64,000 nt of DNA from Promethearchaeota archaeon. Lineage in GTDB: Archaea > Asgardarchaeota > Lokiarchaeia > Sigyniarchaeales > SOKP01. The notes under the pieces were generated by a model. It was given only the letters and a program-made list of their open reading frames with translations. It was not told the origin of the DNA and did not search any database. This document shows, one piece after another, positions 31,003 through 41,019 of the stretch. The position numbers and the translations under genes are program-made. How positions within the stretch are numbered: the stretch's first letter is position 1; the number at the start of each line of letters is the position of its first letter. The stretch spans positions 125,716 to 189,715 of the forward strand of contig JAHLWS010000082.1 of assembly GCA_019057795.1 (NCBI GenBank). Reading direction: 5' to 3'.

Positions 31003-31367
31003 TTTCAAACTTGATCTGGAATACTTACGATTTTTTCCGCTAGAGATCCATCCTGGAACAGAAATATATAAACAAGCAATATACAACCATATAATACAGT
31101 CTGAAAAAGAACCTTACTTAAACGATAAAAATTATCCTATATATGAAACATCTTATTTATCCAAGGAATATCTCTTTCAAATACAGGAAATGGTTGAAAA
31201 TGTTATTGATGTGCCTTCATTTAAACGATAACAATCTTCCGGATTGTGTGTTTAATTTAATCAATTACTTTTCGGGTAGGATAAAGAAAAAGGGATCATC
31301 CTTGGAGAAGGTATTAACATTCTTGGTTTAGATGGATTATCATTTAATTTTAATTTCTAATTTTTGG

Positions 31368-32105
31368 TTAGCGCCCATAAGACCATAAAACCATATCGAC
31401 TTTTCTTGGTGTCCAAAAATCCGTTTTATTTTGAATATTTAATTCATCAGCTTTTCTTTTTAAGATATCGATCAAAATCGCTCCTTGAGAGGGACTAATG
31501 CTTTCAGGATTGATCTCAGTAATTATTTTTCGTTCTGGAAGATCATGAATTTCTAATAATCTCTTCACAACAAATTGATCAACTGTTCCATAATTAGAAG
31601 GGAATAAAATTGATAATAACCCCGAAGCACCGGCAATACCTAATCCCTTTATTTCTGCCGCTTTTCTCAAAGCATATTCGATAGCTTCATCTTTCAAGCT
31701 TAATATTTCATCGCGCAGTAATAATAACTCATCTAATTTATTTTCGATTTCATACTTTCTAAGATGTTTAGTGTTATATGCATATATATTTGCTGCAGTG
31801 AATTTCCAGACGAAATATTTGTCTAAGAGAAAGTCATACCATTCTTTAGGGCTCAATTCGTTAATCGTACTAAGTTTTATTTGCTCTAATTCCTTCGTTA
31901 AATCGAAATTAGAAGATTTTATTAAATCCCAGTAATGATTTAAATATTTTCTCCAAATTGTGTCACTTTTTAAGTTCCAAAACTGCTTAAAGGATAGAGA
32001 TTCAGTTTCTAACATGCTTATAAGAGTGTGTTTTATCTCCTCCTTGCTTAAACTATCAAAATCTTTTATGATTCTTTCAATAACCTTTTTTTGTTCTAAA
32101 TTCAT
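31368..32105 (-). CDS. Helix-hairpin-helix DNA glycosylase-like protein
   Basis: IKGLGIAGASGLL HhH, TVD acidic residue, C-terminal TPRKVDMVLW. Confidence 0.5.
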   Translation of the reverse strand: MNLEQKKVIERIIKDFDSLSKEEIKHTLISMLETESLSFKQFWNLKSDTIWRKYLNHYWDLIKSSNFDLTKELEQIKLSTINELSPKEWYDFLLDKYFVWKFTAANIYAYNTKHLRKYEIENKLDELLLLRDEILSLKDEAIEYALRKAAEIKGLGIAGASGLLSILFPSNYGTVDQFVVKRLLEIHDLPERKIITEINPESISPSQGAILIDILKRKADELNIQNKTDFWTPRKVDMVLWSYGR

Positions 32106-32250
32106 TTTAACTCCTTAAAATATTAAAAAATTGCTAATTCTTTTAAAATATTCTAATAGAAATCAATCATCAATTTTCATGAAAAAAAATATGAGTAAAT
32201 AATTAAAGGTAAGAATAGGGATATATTTTATTGACAAATTTATATTTTTA

Positions 32251-32502
32251 TTGGTAATTTTTTTGAAAAAGTATAATTGCATCTTCTGTAATCAAGAACT
32301 GAATAAAGAGAATAAATCTACTGAACATATTATTCCTCAATGCATGGGAGGAAGACTTAAGTCAAAATTAATTATCTGTCGATCATGTAACCGTAAATTT
32401 GGGACTGAGTTTGATGAAGCACTTATTGAGAGATATGGGCTTATTTTGCATCTCATACGCTTTTTCAATAAAATCTTCTCAATTTACAAATTCAAACTTT
32501 AG
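32251..32502 (+). pseudogene. HNH endonuclease N-terminal fragment
   Basis: CIFC...STEHIIPQCMGG...ICRSCNRKFG; ends shortly after the HNH core. Confidence 0.65.
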
Positions 32503-32605
32503 CTTTCCCAATTTTTAATAATTACTTGGGGAGAAAATTTATTTAATTTTAGGTGACCTTATTATAAATGAGGAATGATGTCCGAAAATAAAAACTCAAA
32601 CAATA

Positions 32606-34291
32606 ATGAATGAAAACCAAAGCTGGAATGAAAAGATAGATAAGTTAAAATTATATGTTAAAAGAATTGGAAATCTTTTATTTCAAAATAAAGAAGACCA
32701 GATAAAAAAAATAAAGAAGAAAATTGAGCAGCTAATACCTAATGCTTACATGATCGAAGATAGGATTATTATAAAGAAAATTATAAATATTTATAATTCC
32801 TTAAGTGAAACAATTTTTAAGAAGATAGCAGAGAATTTAGGACTTGATTTATTAAATTCCTTAATGTATTTACATGAAATAATTCAGAGTAATACAGTTA
32901 GTAAGACTATCCATGAAATTATTCACAAAATTAAAGATTCCGGATATAATCAGAAAGAAATGATAAATTTAAGAAGAATTACAAGATATATTTTAAATTT
33001 AGAATACACATTAATATCATCAATGGAATATCTCTTGAAATGTCATAAAGAACAAATAATATCTTTTACCAAAAATACAAAAAATTCTATTGGTTATATT
33101 CTTAAATTCATTGAAGAGTTTTTTAAATATCTATATACAAAAGAGCAACTTTTATGGCTCAAATCCCCTTTTTTAGAAAAGGTATCATTAATTCTAGGTC
33201 CAGGTCTTTATTATTATTTTAAAATTCTTCATTCAAAAGAAGAAATTAGGGAACTCCATGAAAAGAAATTTGATATATATCTTAAATTTGATCTTGAAAA
33301 TGAAATTCCAGATTTTAATGAACTTATCAACCAATTTTCTGAATTAAAAGAGATTTGGATTTCTAAATTGGGGTACGATGTTGAAAAATATATATTGGCA
33401 GTTCTAAAACTGAATGACTTAATGATAGAAAAATTTAATTGTTTCTTTTCTGAATACCAGAATTTTTTTGTACCAAATATAAAAAATGTGAGCGAAAAAC
33501 ATATTGAAGTAATTGATGCTGAATTTAAAAATTATTTAGTAGAGTTAATAGAAAATTACTATAAAAATGCAAGAAACTATAATTGCATTATTGATCTTAA
33601 AGATTTAAGAAGAAAATTTATGAATTATATAAGTAATGATAAGAAAGAAATAGCGAAAATCATCAGAGAACTGTGTATAGATCCTCAAGAACCATTTATA
33701 GCTACATATAATACTTTTGCAAATCGTTTTATTTTTCCTTTGGGGGGAAGTAAGGCATTTTTTTATCCAAATAACACATATGCTGTTTTAAAAGAAAGAT
33801 TATATATGGAATTATCCAAAATCGGAGATCCTGAAAAGGAATCCGTACTCCTTAGAGACCTGAAAAGAATTCTTGAGAGCAGAGGTTATAATGTACATCC
33901 ATTGTCAGGAATTCCAATGATCGGTCAAAATAAAAAAATAATCGGTGAAATAGACATAATTGCTTATAAGTTAACTACACTTCTAATTATCGAATCAAAA
34001 ATTATACCATATAAAAAAACCTCAGTAACGAGATTAGAGACTATTGATTATACTCTAAAAAACATCTCGAAAAAATTAACTAGATTTGATAAAAATATAG
34101 AGTATTTTTTTAAATTGTGTAATAATTCCTCTAATTTTTTAAATTATAATCATGAGACATTGGACATTAATCGTTTTAATAGAATTAATTTCTTTTTTAT
34201 TTCGCCTGATATAATTTATAACCCACCTCCTTTTAAGAGAGAGAGAAAAATAGAATTAGTTAATCCCCGATTATTTGAAAGAATGATATGA
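32606..34291 (+). CDS. Protein with C-terminal NERD/PD-(D/E)xK nuclease-like domain
   Basis: IGEIDIIAY...LLIIESK. Confidence 0.6.
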   Translation: MNENQSWNEKIDKLKLYVKRIGNLLFQNKEDQIKKIKKKIEQLIPNAYMIEDRIIIKKIINIYNSLSETIFKKIAENLGLDLLNSLMYLHEIIQSNTVSKTIHEIIHKIKDSGYNQKEMINLRRITRYILNLEYTLISSMEYLLKCHKEQIISFTKNTKNSIGYILKFIEEFFKYLYTKEQLLWLKSPFLEKVSLILGPGLYYYFKILHSKEEIRELHEKKFDIYLKFDLENEIPDFNELINQFSELKEIWISKLGYDVEKYILAVLKLNDLMIEKFNCFFSEYQNFFVPNIKNVSEKHIEVIDAEFKNYLVELIENYYKNARNYNCIIDLKDLRRKFMNYISNDKKEIAKIIRELCIDPQEPFIATYNTFANRFIFPLGGSKAFFYPNNTYAVLKERLYMELSKIGDPEKESVLLRDLKRILESRGYNVHPLSGIPMIGQNKKIIGEIDIIAYKLTTLLIIESKIIPYKKTSVTRLETIDYTLKNISKKLTRFDKNIEYFFKLCNNSSNFLNYNHETLDINRFNRINFFFISPDIIYNPPPFKRERKIELVNPRLFERMI

Positions 34292-34434
34292 ATTTAATTT
34301 TATTCTATTAGGATTAGTACACATTTAGAATCTGACTAGGAAAAAATTAAATAGGTTTATTATTTGAAAACAAATTGTATATATGAAGATCTTACTGGAA
34401 AAACGATTGAGATTCCAAATTTTTATAGTGTAAC

Positions 34435-34535
34435 TTCCTCTGCCTTCAACCAAGATATCGGCAACTGGGATGTTTCAAGCGTTACAGCCATGATGTATAT
34501 GTTCGATGGGGCTTCTGCCTTCAACCAAAATATAC
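34435..34535 (+). pseudogene. Fragment of BspA/DUF285 surface repeat
   Basis: SAFNQDIGNWDVSSVTAMMYMFDGASAFNQNI embedded in the chimeric ORF 34364..34741. Confidence 0.75.
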
Positions 34536-35136
34536 GCGTCGTTCTTGTAGTAAGAATTGATGATGTGGTTGATATGAATGTGCACGTAGACATTCTTCGG
34601 CACAAAGGTGCCGGACTTCGTCCAATAATTCGTGTACAAATTCAATTTTCATCGATAATGAAATTTCAGATGCTTGATGATCTTGCTATTTTTGTACAAA
34701 TTAACGAAATTTATTTAATTTTTATCTTATCATTGGATTAATAATGTTAAATTCACCGACAAATTATGCCTAAATGTTAAATAATGTTAAATTATAAAAA
34801 ATTTTAATGTATTTTTATTATTCTTTAATTAATTCTTTTTATCACACCAATATCAATTTTGGAATAATTTCCCGAAAAAATTATATATTGAATAATAATA
34901 TTTATAATGCAAATAGATAATGTAATTTTAAGTTTTATTTTAATTCCTTTGTACTTAACTTTTGAAGTTATCTATTAAAGTAAGAATGGATACAATATAC
35001 TTTTGCTTCTTTCAAAATATTAAAACTTAGAATATACACATTTTATAGACTAAAAATTGTAAGAATTGGAAAATTAAAAAGAAAAATTAGTGTTCATTAA
35101 GAGTCAATTGATTTATTAGAAAATTAAATATTTTAA

Positions 35137-38100
35137 ATGATGATTATGGCTGTACCAAGAGATATTGAAATTCGACCGAAATATATTGATGCTTTAACTC
35201 TATTTCAGCGGAAAATAAAAGACATTGAAGAATCTAAATTTTTTAATTTTTATTTTACGGGTTCAAGAAATGTTCAATTAAGGATAACAGCAAATAAAAC
35301 AGATGATGGATGGGTTGGAAGTTGTTCTCTTAATGAGCCAAATGAAGAATCAATTAAAGCATTTATTTTATCCTTTCGCTTTTTTATCCTAGGTAATGAA
35401 AGCTGTTCATTAAAACAAATTGGAGATAATGTTCTACCTAATATTGAAACATATTTCCCAGAGCAGGTAAATAAAATTGTTAATATAAGAGAAAAAGTCA
35501 ATGAGTACTTAGATAATTCTCCAGATTTCCAATTTAAGTTCAACATTGGCAAAAGGATTATAGAATTTAGCTCAAATAGGGAAATTAAAGAGATTTTCAT
35601 ATTTGGCCATTATGCTCACGCTAGTTCAAAGGATGATAAAAAGAAGATATATGACTTTATTCATTTAAATGCAGATGAGGGAATAAATCCCATTAAAAGG
35701 AATATATTTCGTGTTGGTGCTATTAATATTATATTAACACTTACAAATTTTTTTCGAAGTATTTCATTTGAGATCAGTATAATATTGAATAAGATAATTG
35801 ATATCTATATGAACCAAGCAGAACAAGCATTAAAGGACAATAAATTAAAGCAGAGTGAAAGATCATTCAAAAATGCGTTATATATAGCAAATGCATTAGA
35901 AAATAAAGATGTAAGAGCAGATTTATATCTAAAACTTAAAGAAGTTTATATTAAAAGTGATAATGAAGAAATTGCTAAAAATTTCCAAGGAAAATACGAG
36001 GAAATAAAAGATTCAGTAAAGTATTTACCGAAAGAATTTTGGACTAATGATTATTATAGGAAAAAATATTCGTTACCCGACGAGTATAATAAAATTCTAA
36101 ATGAAATATTAGAGAATCCAGAAGATTTTCTAGATATACCTATCATAGTTTTACCAATTGAAAAGATATATCAATTAAAGCGGTTTGAAAAATTAATTAT
36201 AGCTAAAAATTTCAAGATATATCAAGAGGAAGAAAAAATAATTTTATATTATAAGCAAATAATATCCAAGGACCACGAAAAATCTTATTGGGCACACGAA
36301 AGATTTGAGTTTAATAAAAATGCTGAATATTTATGCCGTTTTCCATTTATAGACGATTCAGGTGTTATTTTTTTAACTAATTCTAAAAATTTTTTCGCTA
36401 AATGGTTTTTATCTTGGAGAGAAATTAGGAATATTATTCAGAATTCTGGAATAAATTACATATTTTTACAACGATATATAGATTATTTGATTGATATAGA
36501 ACTTGAGAAAGAAATAAATCTTGAAGTCTTTAATAGAATGCGAGTTATTAAGGATTTAGAGTCATTAACTTATTCAATTAAAGGTCCGGAAGAAATAAAT
36601 CATCACTTTTATGGTTTAAAAAATATTCTAGAACCAATACTCGAGATCTCAACATTTCCAAGGCTTAAATTAGTAATAGATTTAAAGAATGATATGCATT
36701 ATGTAAAAACTCATATTATTGAGCCGTTTTTAAAGGAAAAATTCAAAGGATTGAAGTGGTTTTCATTTGCACTTAAAATTGTTCTATATATATCCATTAC
36801 AGGTAATGAACAAATTATTAAAAACATAAATGATTCAAAATTAATCGAACTCAATAGAATTTGTAAAATTATTGAAGGTAAATCTGTTTCAAAAGACTTT
36901 TTTGAAGAATTTTTCAAATTTTGTGATGAATATATTCAAGATTATATCTCAAATCGGGTTGATCCGAAATATAAAATAGCATGGTACAATAAAGGTACCT
37001 CCTCCTATATCCTAGAGCAATATAATGAAGCTATAGATCACTTTGATATGGCTCTTGCGATAGATCCGAATGATAAACCTTCTTGGTTTTATAGAGGGAT
37101 ATGTTACTTCAAAATCGATAAATTTGAAGATTCTATTCAGAGTTATCAAAGAGTTCTTGAGATTGACCCAAATGATAAAGAAGTGTGGTTCTATAAAGGA
37201 ATATCCTTCTATAGATTAAAACAATATCAAGATTCCATTGAATGTTTTAAGAATGCACTTGAAAATAAACCTGAGGATTCTCAAATTTGGTTTTATAAAG
37301 GAATTTCATATCACCTTTTAAAAAATTATGAAATGGCAATAAAATGCTTTGATAATGTTATTGAATATGATCCCGAATTCATAGATGCATGGAATAAAAA
37401 GGCAGTTGTTTATTATGATTTAGATGAATTTCAACAAACAATTGATTGTAGTGAAAAAGTGATTAAGATTGAACCAAATAACAAGCAAGCATTATATAAT
37501 ATTGGTATCTCATTGTTGAATTTAGAAAAATACAACCAAGCAAATCAATTCTTTGAAAAAATATTAACTTTTTATCCTGAATTTAAGCAAGCTAAGATTA
37601 AATTAGGATTTTCGTTATGTAAAATAGAAGATTTCAATAAAGCGCTGAAAATATTCAAAGAATTAATAGAAATTGATCCTAATGATAGTGTAGCGTTGAA
37701 TAATATGGGAAATTGCTTACATAGCCTAAATCAAGATGAGAATGCTTTAGAATGTTACGAAAAAGTTCTGGAAATTGACAAAAATTACAAAATTGCTTGG
37801 TATAATAAAGGACTCTCATTATATAATTTAGGACGATTTCATCAAGCATTAGAATGTTATGCTAATGCACTCAATATTGATCCACATTATATTGATGCTT
37901 TAATCAATAAAGGTAATACGAATTGTGCCTTACATAAATATATGTTGGGAATTCAAGATTATGATAAAGCCCTTGAGATAAATCCAGATAATAAGAGAGC
38001 ATTATATAATAAAGGTAAAGCTTTAGCAAGATTGGAAAAATATGAAGATGCATTAAAATATTATAATCAATTTCTAAGTCATGATCAAAACGATAAGATT

Positions 38101-38784
38101 GTATGGTTTGAGGTTGGAACTATATATCATCGTTTAAAAAAAAATAAGGGAGCTCTTAAGTGTTATAAGGAAGTACTTAAGATAGATCCTCAATACACAG
38201 AAGCTTTAAATAATATTGGAGTTGCTTATGGAGAATTAAATAAATATGAAAAAGCAATCCAACAGTATGAAAAAGCCCTCAATTTAAAACCAAAATCAAA
38301 AGGGGTCTTATATAATAAAAGCATTGCATTAGAAAAATTAGAAAAATTCACAGAAGCTATCGAAAATCTTGATTATGTCATTAATTTAGATCCAAATTAT
38401 AAAGAAGTTTGGAATAGAAAAGGCGTGCTATTGAGTAAAATAGAAAACTTCAAAGAGTCTATTAAATGCTTTGATGAGGCTTTAAGAATTGATCCAAATA
38501 ACATCCCTGCTTTAAATAATAAAGCTATATCTTATTTGAAATCAGGACTATATGATGAGGCTTATACTTTATTTAAAAAAGTTTATCAGCTTGACCAAGA
38601 TGATGGTAACTTTAATTACAATCAAGCTTGCATAGCTGCTCTTAAAAATGAAACATATAAAGCTTTAAAACTTTTAAATATAGCAGTTGATTATGATGAA
38701 AAATATATAGAAATTGCTAAAGATGATCAAGATTTTAAGAATATTAAAGATTTAGATGATTTTAAGAACCTGATTAATAAATAA
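35137..38784 (+). CDS. Large TPR-repeat protein with N-terminal putative HEPN-like domain
   Basis: Many 34-aa W/Y-x-NKG...A...YDKAL.IDP repeats from ~aa 610; terminal YNQAC...DQDF cap; N-terminal FGHYAH. Confidence 0.8.
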   Translation: MMIMAVPRDIEIRPKYIDALTLFQRKIKDIEESKFFNFYFTGSRNVQLRITANKTDDGWVGSCSLNEPNEESIKAFILSFRFFILGNESCSLKQIGDNVLPNIETYFPEQVNKIVNIREKVNEYLDNSPDFQFKFNIGKRIIEFSSNREIKEIFIFGHYAHASSKDDKKKIYDFIHLNADEGINPIKRNIFRVGAINIILTLTNFFRSISFEISIILNKIIDIYMNQAEQALKDNKLKQSERSFKNALYIANALENKDVRADLYLKLKEVYIKSDNEEIAKNFQGKYEEIKDSVKYLPKEFWTNDYYRKKYSLPDEYNKILNEILENPEDFLDIPIIVLPIEKIYQLKRFEKLIIAKNFKIYQEEEKIILYYKQIISKDHEKSYWAHERFEFNKNAEYLCRFPFIDDSGVIFLTNSKNFFAKWFLSWREIRNIIQNSGINYIFLQRYIDYLIDIELEKEINLEVFNRMRVIKDLESLTYSIKGPEEINHHFYGLKNILEPILEISTFPRLKLVIDLKNDMHYVKTHIIEPFLKEKFKGLKWFSFALKIVLYISITGNEQIIKNINDSKLIELNRICKIIEGKSVSKDFFEEFFKFCDEYIQDYISNRVDPKYKIAWYNKGTSSYILEQYNEAIDHFDMALAIDPNDKPSWFYRGICYFKIDKFEDSIQSYQRVLEIDPNDKEVWFYKGISFYRLKQYQDSIECFKNALENKPEDSQIWFYKGISYHLLKNYEMAIKCFDNVIEYDPEFIDAWNKKAVVYYDLDEFQQTIDCSEKVIKIEPNNKQALYNIGISLLNLEKYNQANQFFEKILTFYPEFKQAKIKLGFSLCKIEDFNKALKIFKELIEIDPNDSVALNNMGNCLHSLNQDENALECYEKVLEIDKNYKIAWYNKGLSLYNLGRFHQALECYANALNIDPHYIDALINKGNTNCALHKYMLGIQDYDKALEINPDNKRALYNKGKALARLEKYEDALKYYNQFLSHDQNDKIVWFEVGTIYHRLKKNKGALKCYKEVLKIDPQYTEALNNIGVAYGELNKYEKAIQQYEKALNLKPKSKGVLYNKSIALEKLEKFTEAIENLDYVINLDPNYKEVWNRKGVLLSKIENFKESIKCFDEALRIDPNNIPALNNKAISYLKSGLYDEAYTLFKKVYQLDQDDGNFNYNQACIAALKNETYKALKLLNIAVDYDEKYIEIAKDDQDFKNIKDLDDFKNLINK

Positions 38785-38951
38785 ATCTAATGTTCCACCA
38801 ATGATCATTAATTACTTTTATAATCCAAATACAAGAAAAAGGACTATGCGCCACTACTCCTCTAATAACTCTGATAATGCTGGTAAATAATGGTATAATT
38901 CAGAAACTAATAATCAAATTTTAATTTGATTCAAGTAAACTAGAATTAATG

Positions 38952-39092
38952 TTATTTTGGCTCCCCTACATATGTAGCCATTATCGTGATTCTTTCCTTT
39001 TCTGGATCAATTCCTAATTCTCTAAAAGTTTTATGACTTGGCAGGAATTTTCCCTTATACATAAAAGATACACTTGCTAAATTCTTATTTAC
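38952..39092 (-). pseudogene. Ubiquitin-like (beta-grasp) C-terminal fragment without start codon
   Basis: Manual translation VNKNLASVSFMYKGKFLPSHKTFRELGIDPEKERITIMATYVGEPK*. Confidence 0.4.
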
Positions 39093-39120
39093 TTAACTAA
39101 ATTATAATATCTAGAAACTT

Positions 39121-39450
39121 ATGTCTTTTCCTGAATTTAGTACCCAATCAAATTTTAAATTTCATTTAAAGAACATTAAAGAATTACTAAATGATACCAA
39201 TATTCTTAATCGAATTCCAAACTTTTCTCTCTCTAACCCAAATCACTTTTATAAGAGGGAAGATAAGCGAGGTTGGTGGATGGCTACAAAGCAAATTGTA
39301 ATTAGACATTATATAAATGAGTATTTGACTATTTTAGGTAGAGATCGTCGGAAGTTTATAAATCTCTATTTTATTGATCTATTAAGCAGTTTTGGGATGA
39401 ATAAAATAACAAAAAGTGGGGGTAAAGATGATATTATAAAAATACAATAA
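39121..39450 (+). pseudogene. Truncated three-Cys-motif partner (TcmP)-like methyltransferase-fold protein
   Basis: W...K...RHYINEYLTIL...YFIDLLSSFG matches the family N-terminus; stops at 109 aa. Confidence 0.5.
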
Positions 39451-39567
39451 TTAAAATATTCAATGTATTAATAAAATAACAAGCTAAATAAAATTAAAAA
39501 TAAAAACCCTCTAATTAGGAGATGAGAATAAAAAGGAAAATTTTTGAGAAAAAGTTTTGTTATGAGG

Positions 39568-40638
39568 TTAAGGATTATTCCTTCTAATAGTAACTTTCCC
39601 TGTCGCCCATAAATTATCTCTAGTGTGGATTTTTAGGCAATTTTTACAGACAATTTGAGTAATATGGGGGGGAAAATATACTTCATGAACTTCTCCACAT
39701 GAACATGTAAGTATTATAACAGATTTTTGGTCATGTTTTCTTAAATGAAAATATAAATCAAGATATAATGCAAATACATCTATTCCACGGTCTAAGACAA
39801 TCAACTTGTGGAAGAATTTCCATAAATCCTCCATAGGAATTGTTTTATCATATGAAAGAGATCCATCATGTTTTCTATCTCTAATACGAACGTTATTGTC
39901 GTCAACAGGAATGATCCCGCATGTATCCTTATGTGAGGGAGCGTTTCTAACATGTATAAGTTCGATTAGGGTATTTTTTACAATATCTGGGGGGGTTCTA
40001 TTATTATTCGCATTTAATTGAAAAATTAAGTATAAGTAGTTCCCATATGTCTTATTCTCATGTTTTCCCCATTCATCACCTAGATGCTTGCACCTAGATA
40101 GAAAAAGTGGATAATGATTACCATAATTCAGTTCAAAGGCATTTATTATGTCGATAATATCTGATTCGCTAGAATCATAAGCATCCATAAGACTTTGTTC
40201 TGAATAAATCTTATTCAATTTTTTAATTTGAGCATTGTATGCAGGTACATCCGAAACAGGTGCCATCGTATGCAGTAATGTGCAAAAATTTTCTGGAAGG
40301 AGTTGTAGGTAAGTGTTTGTCCTAGATATTAAATATTTAAACCATTCAGTAGATAGTTGAAGAATAGCATCAGGAAATTTTCCTACTTTATTCAAAATTA
40401 TGTGAGTAAGCACTTCCTTAATCAAACGAATAAATAAAAATTCCCATGGATAAAGATGAATCTTTTTCTTGTTTATAACCGACCATAATTTTTGTAACAA
40501 TGGATCTACTTCAATCCAATCAAATAAATCTTTAAATGAAAGCACCAACTTAGATGCATGATCATTTATAAAATCATTAATCTTGTTTGGATCTAAATTA
40601 TCCCACCATATTTTAAATATATAATCTAATTCTGACAT
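39568..40638 (-). CDS. HEPN-motif protein with C-terminal Zn ribbon
   Basis: RNAPSH (RxxxxH); CSC...CKNC. Confidence 0.55.
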   Translation of the reverse strand: MSELDYIFKIWWDNLDPNKINDFINDHASKLVLSFKDLFDWIEVDPLLQKLWSVINKKKIHLYPWEFLFIRLIKEVLTHIILNKVGKFPDAILQLSTEWFKYLISRTNTYLQLLPENFCTLLHTMAPVSDVPAYNAQIKKLNKIYSEQSLMDAYDSSESDIIDIINAFELNYGNHYPLFLSRCKHLGDEWGKHENKTYGNYLYLIFQLNANNNRTPPDIVKNTLIELIHVRNAPSHKDTCGIIPVDDNNVRIRDRKHDGSLSYDKTIPMEDLWKFFHKLIVLDRGIDVFALYLDLYFHLRKHDQKSVIILTCSCGEVHEVYFPPHITQIVCKNCLKIHTRDNLWATGKVTIRRNNP

Positions 40639-40900
40639 AATTGCATTTGAATCTGAATTTACGTTCTTAATTATAATTTAGTGTTGTCAAATATAAATAA
40701 TTAATGCAGAGAAATGGAATCTGATGAGTATTATTAATATATTGTTTTCTTTCATTTTATGGCAAATCCGCCCATACGTCATATTGGATAGTATGTATTT
40801 GTTTGTTCTGATTGTTATATCCTTATATAAAGTCTATGCTTTTTGGAAAATAGGAAATCTCAAGACATTTTGAATTAGAATTTATAATATACCCCGAATT

Positions 40901-40934
40901 TTGTTTTGATTTTAACCAAAACAAAGCAAAACAA
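40901..40934. repeat. Three copies of TTGTTTTG(A/G/C)T, one forward and two inverted
   Basis: TTGTTTTGAT 40901-10; ACCAAAACAA 40915-24; AGCAAAACAA 40925-34. Confidence 0.6.
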
Positions 40935-41019
40935 TGCTATGTATAGTAATCTGCTATCTTTTTAACAAAAACCTTTATTAAGGTGGATATCTTTAATTAT
41001 TATAAAAAATATAATTTTT

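Noticed and set aside
34364-34741. 125-aa ORF as a real gene
   Set aside because: Appears chimeric: only the central ~33 codons match a BspA repeat and the flanks look like unrelated sequence
34741-34795. Three AATGTTAAAT copies
   Set aside because: Low-complexity AT-rich sequence; not distinguishable from background by eye
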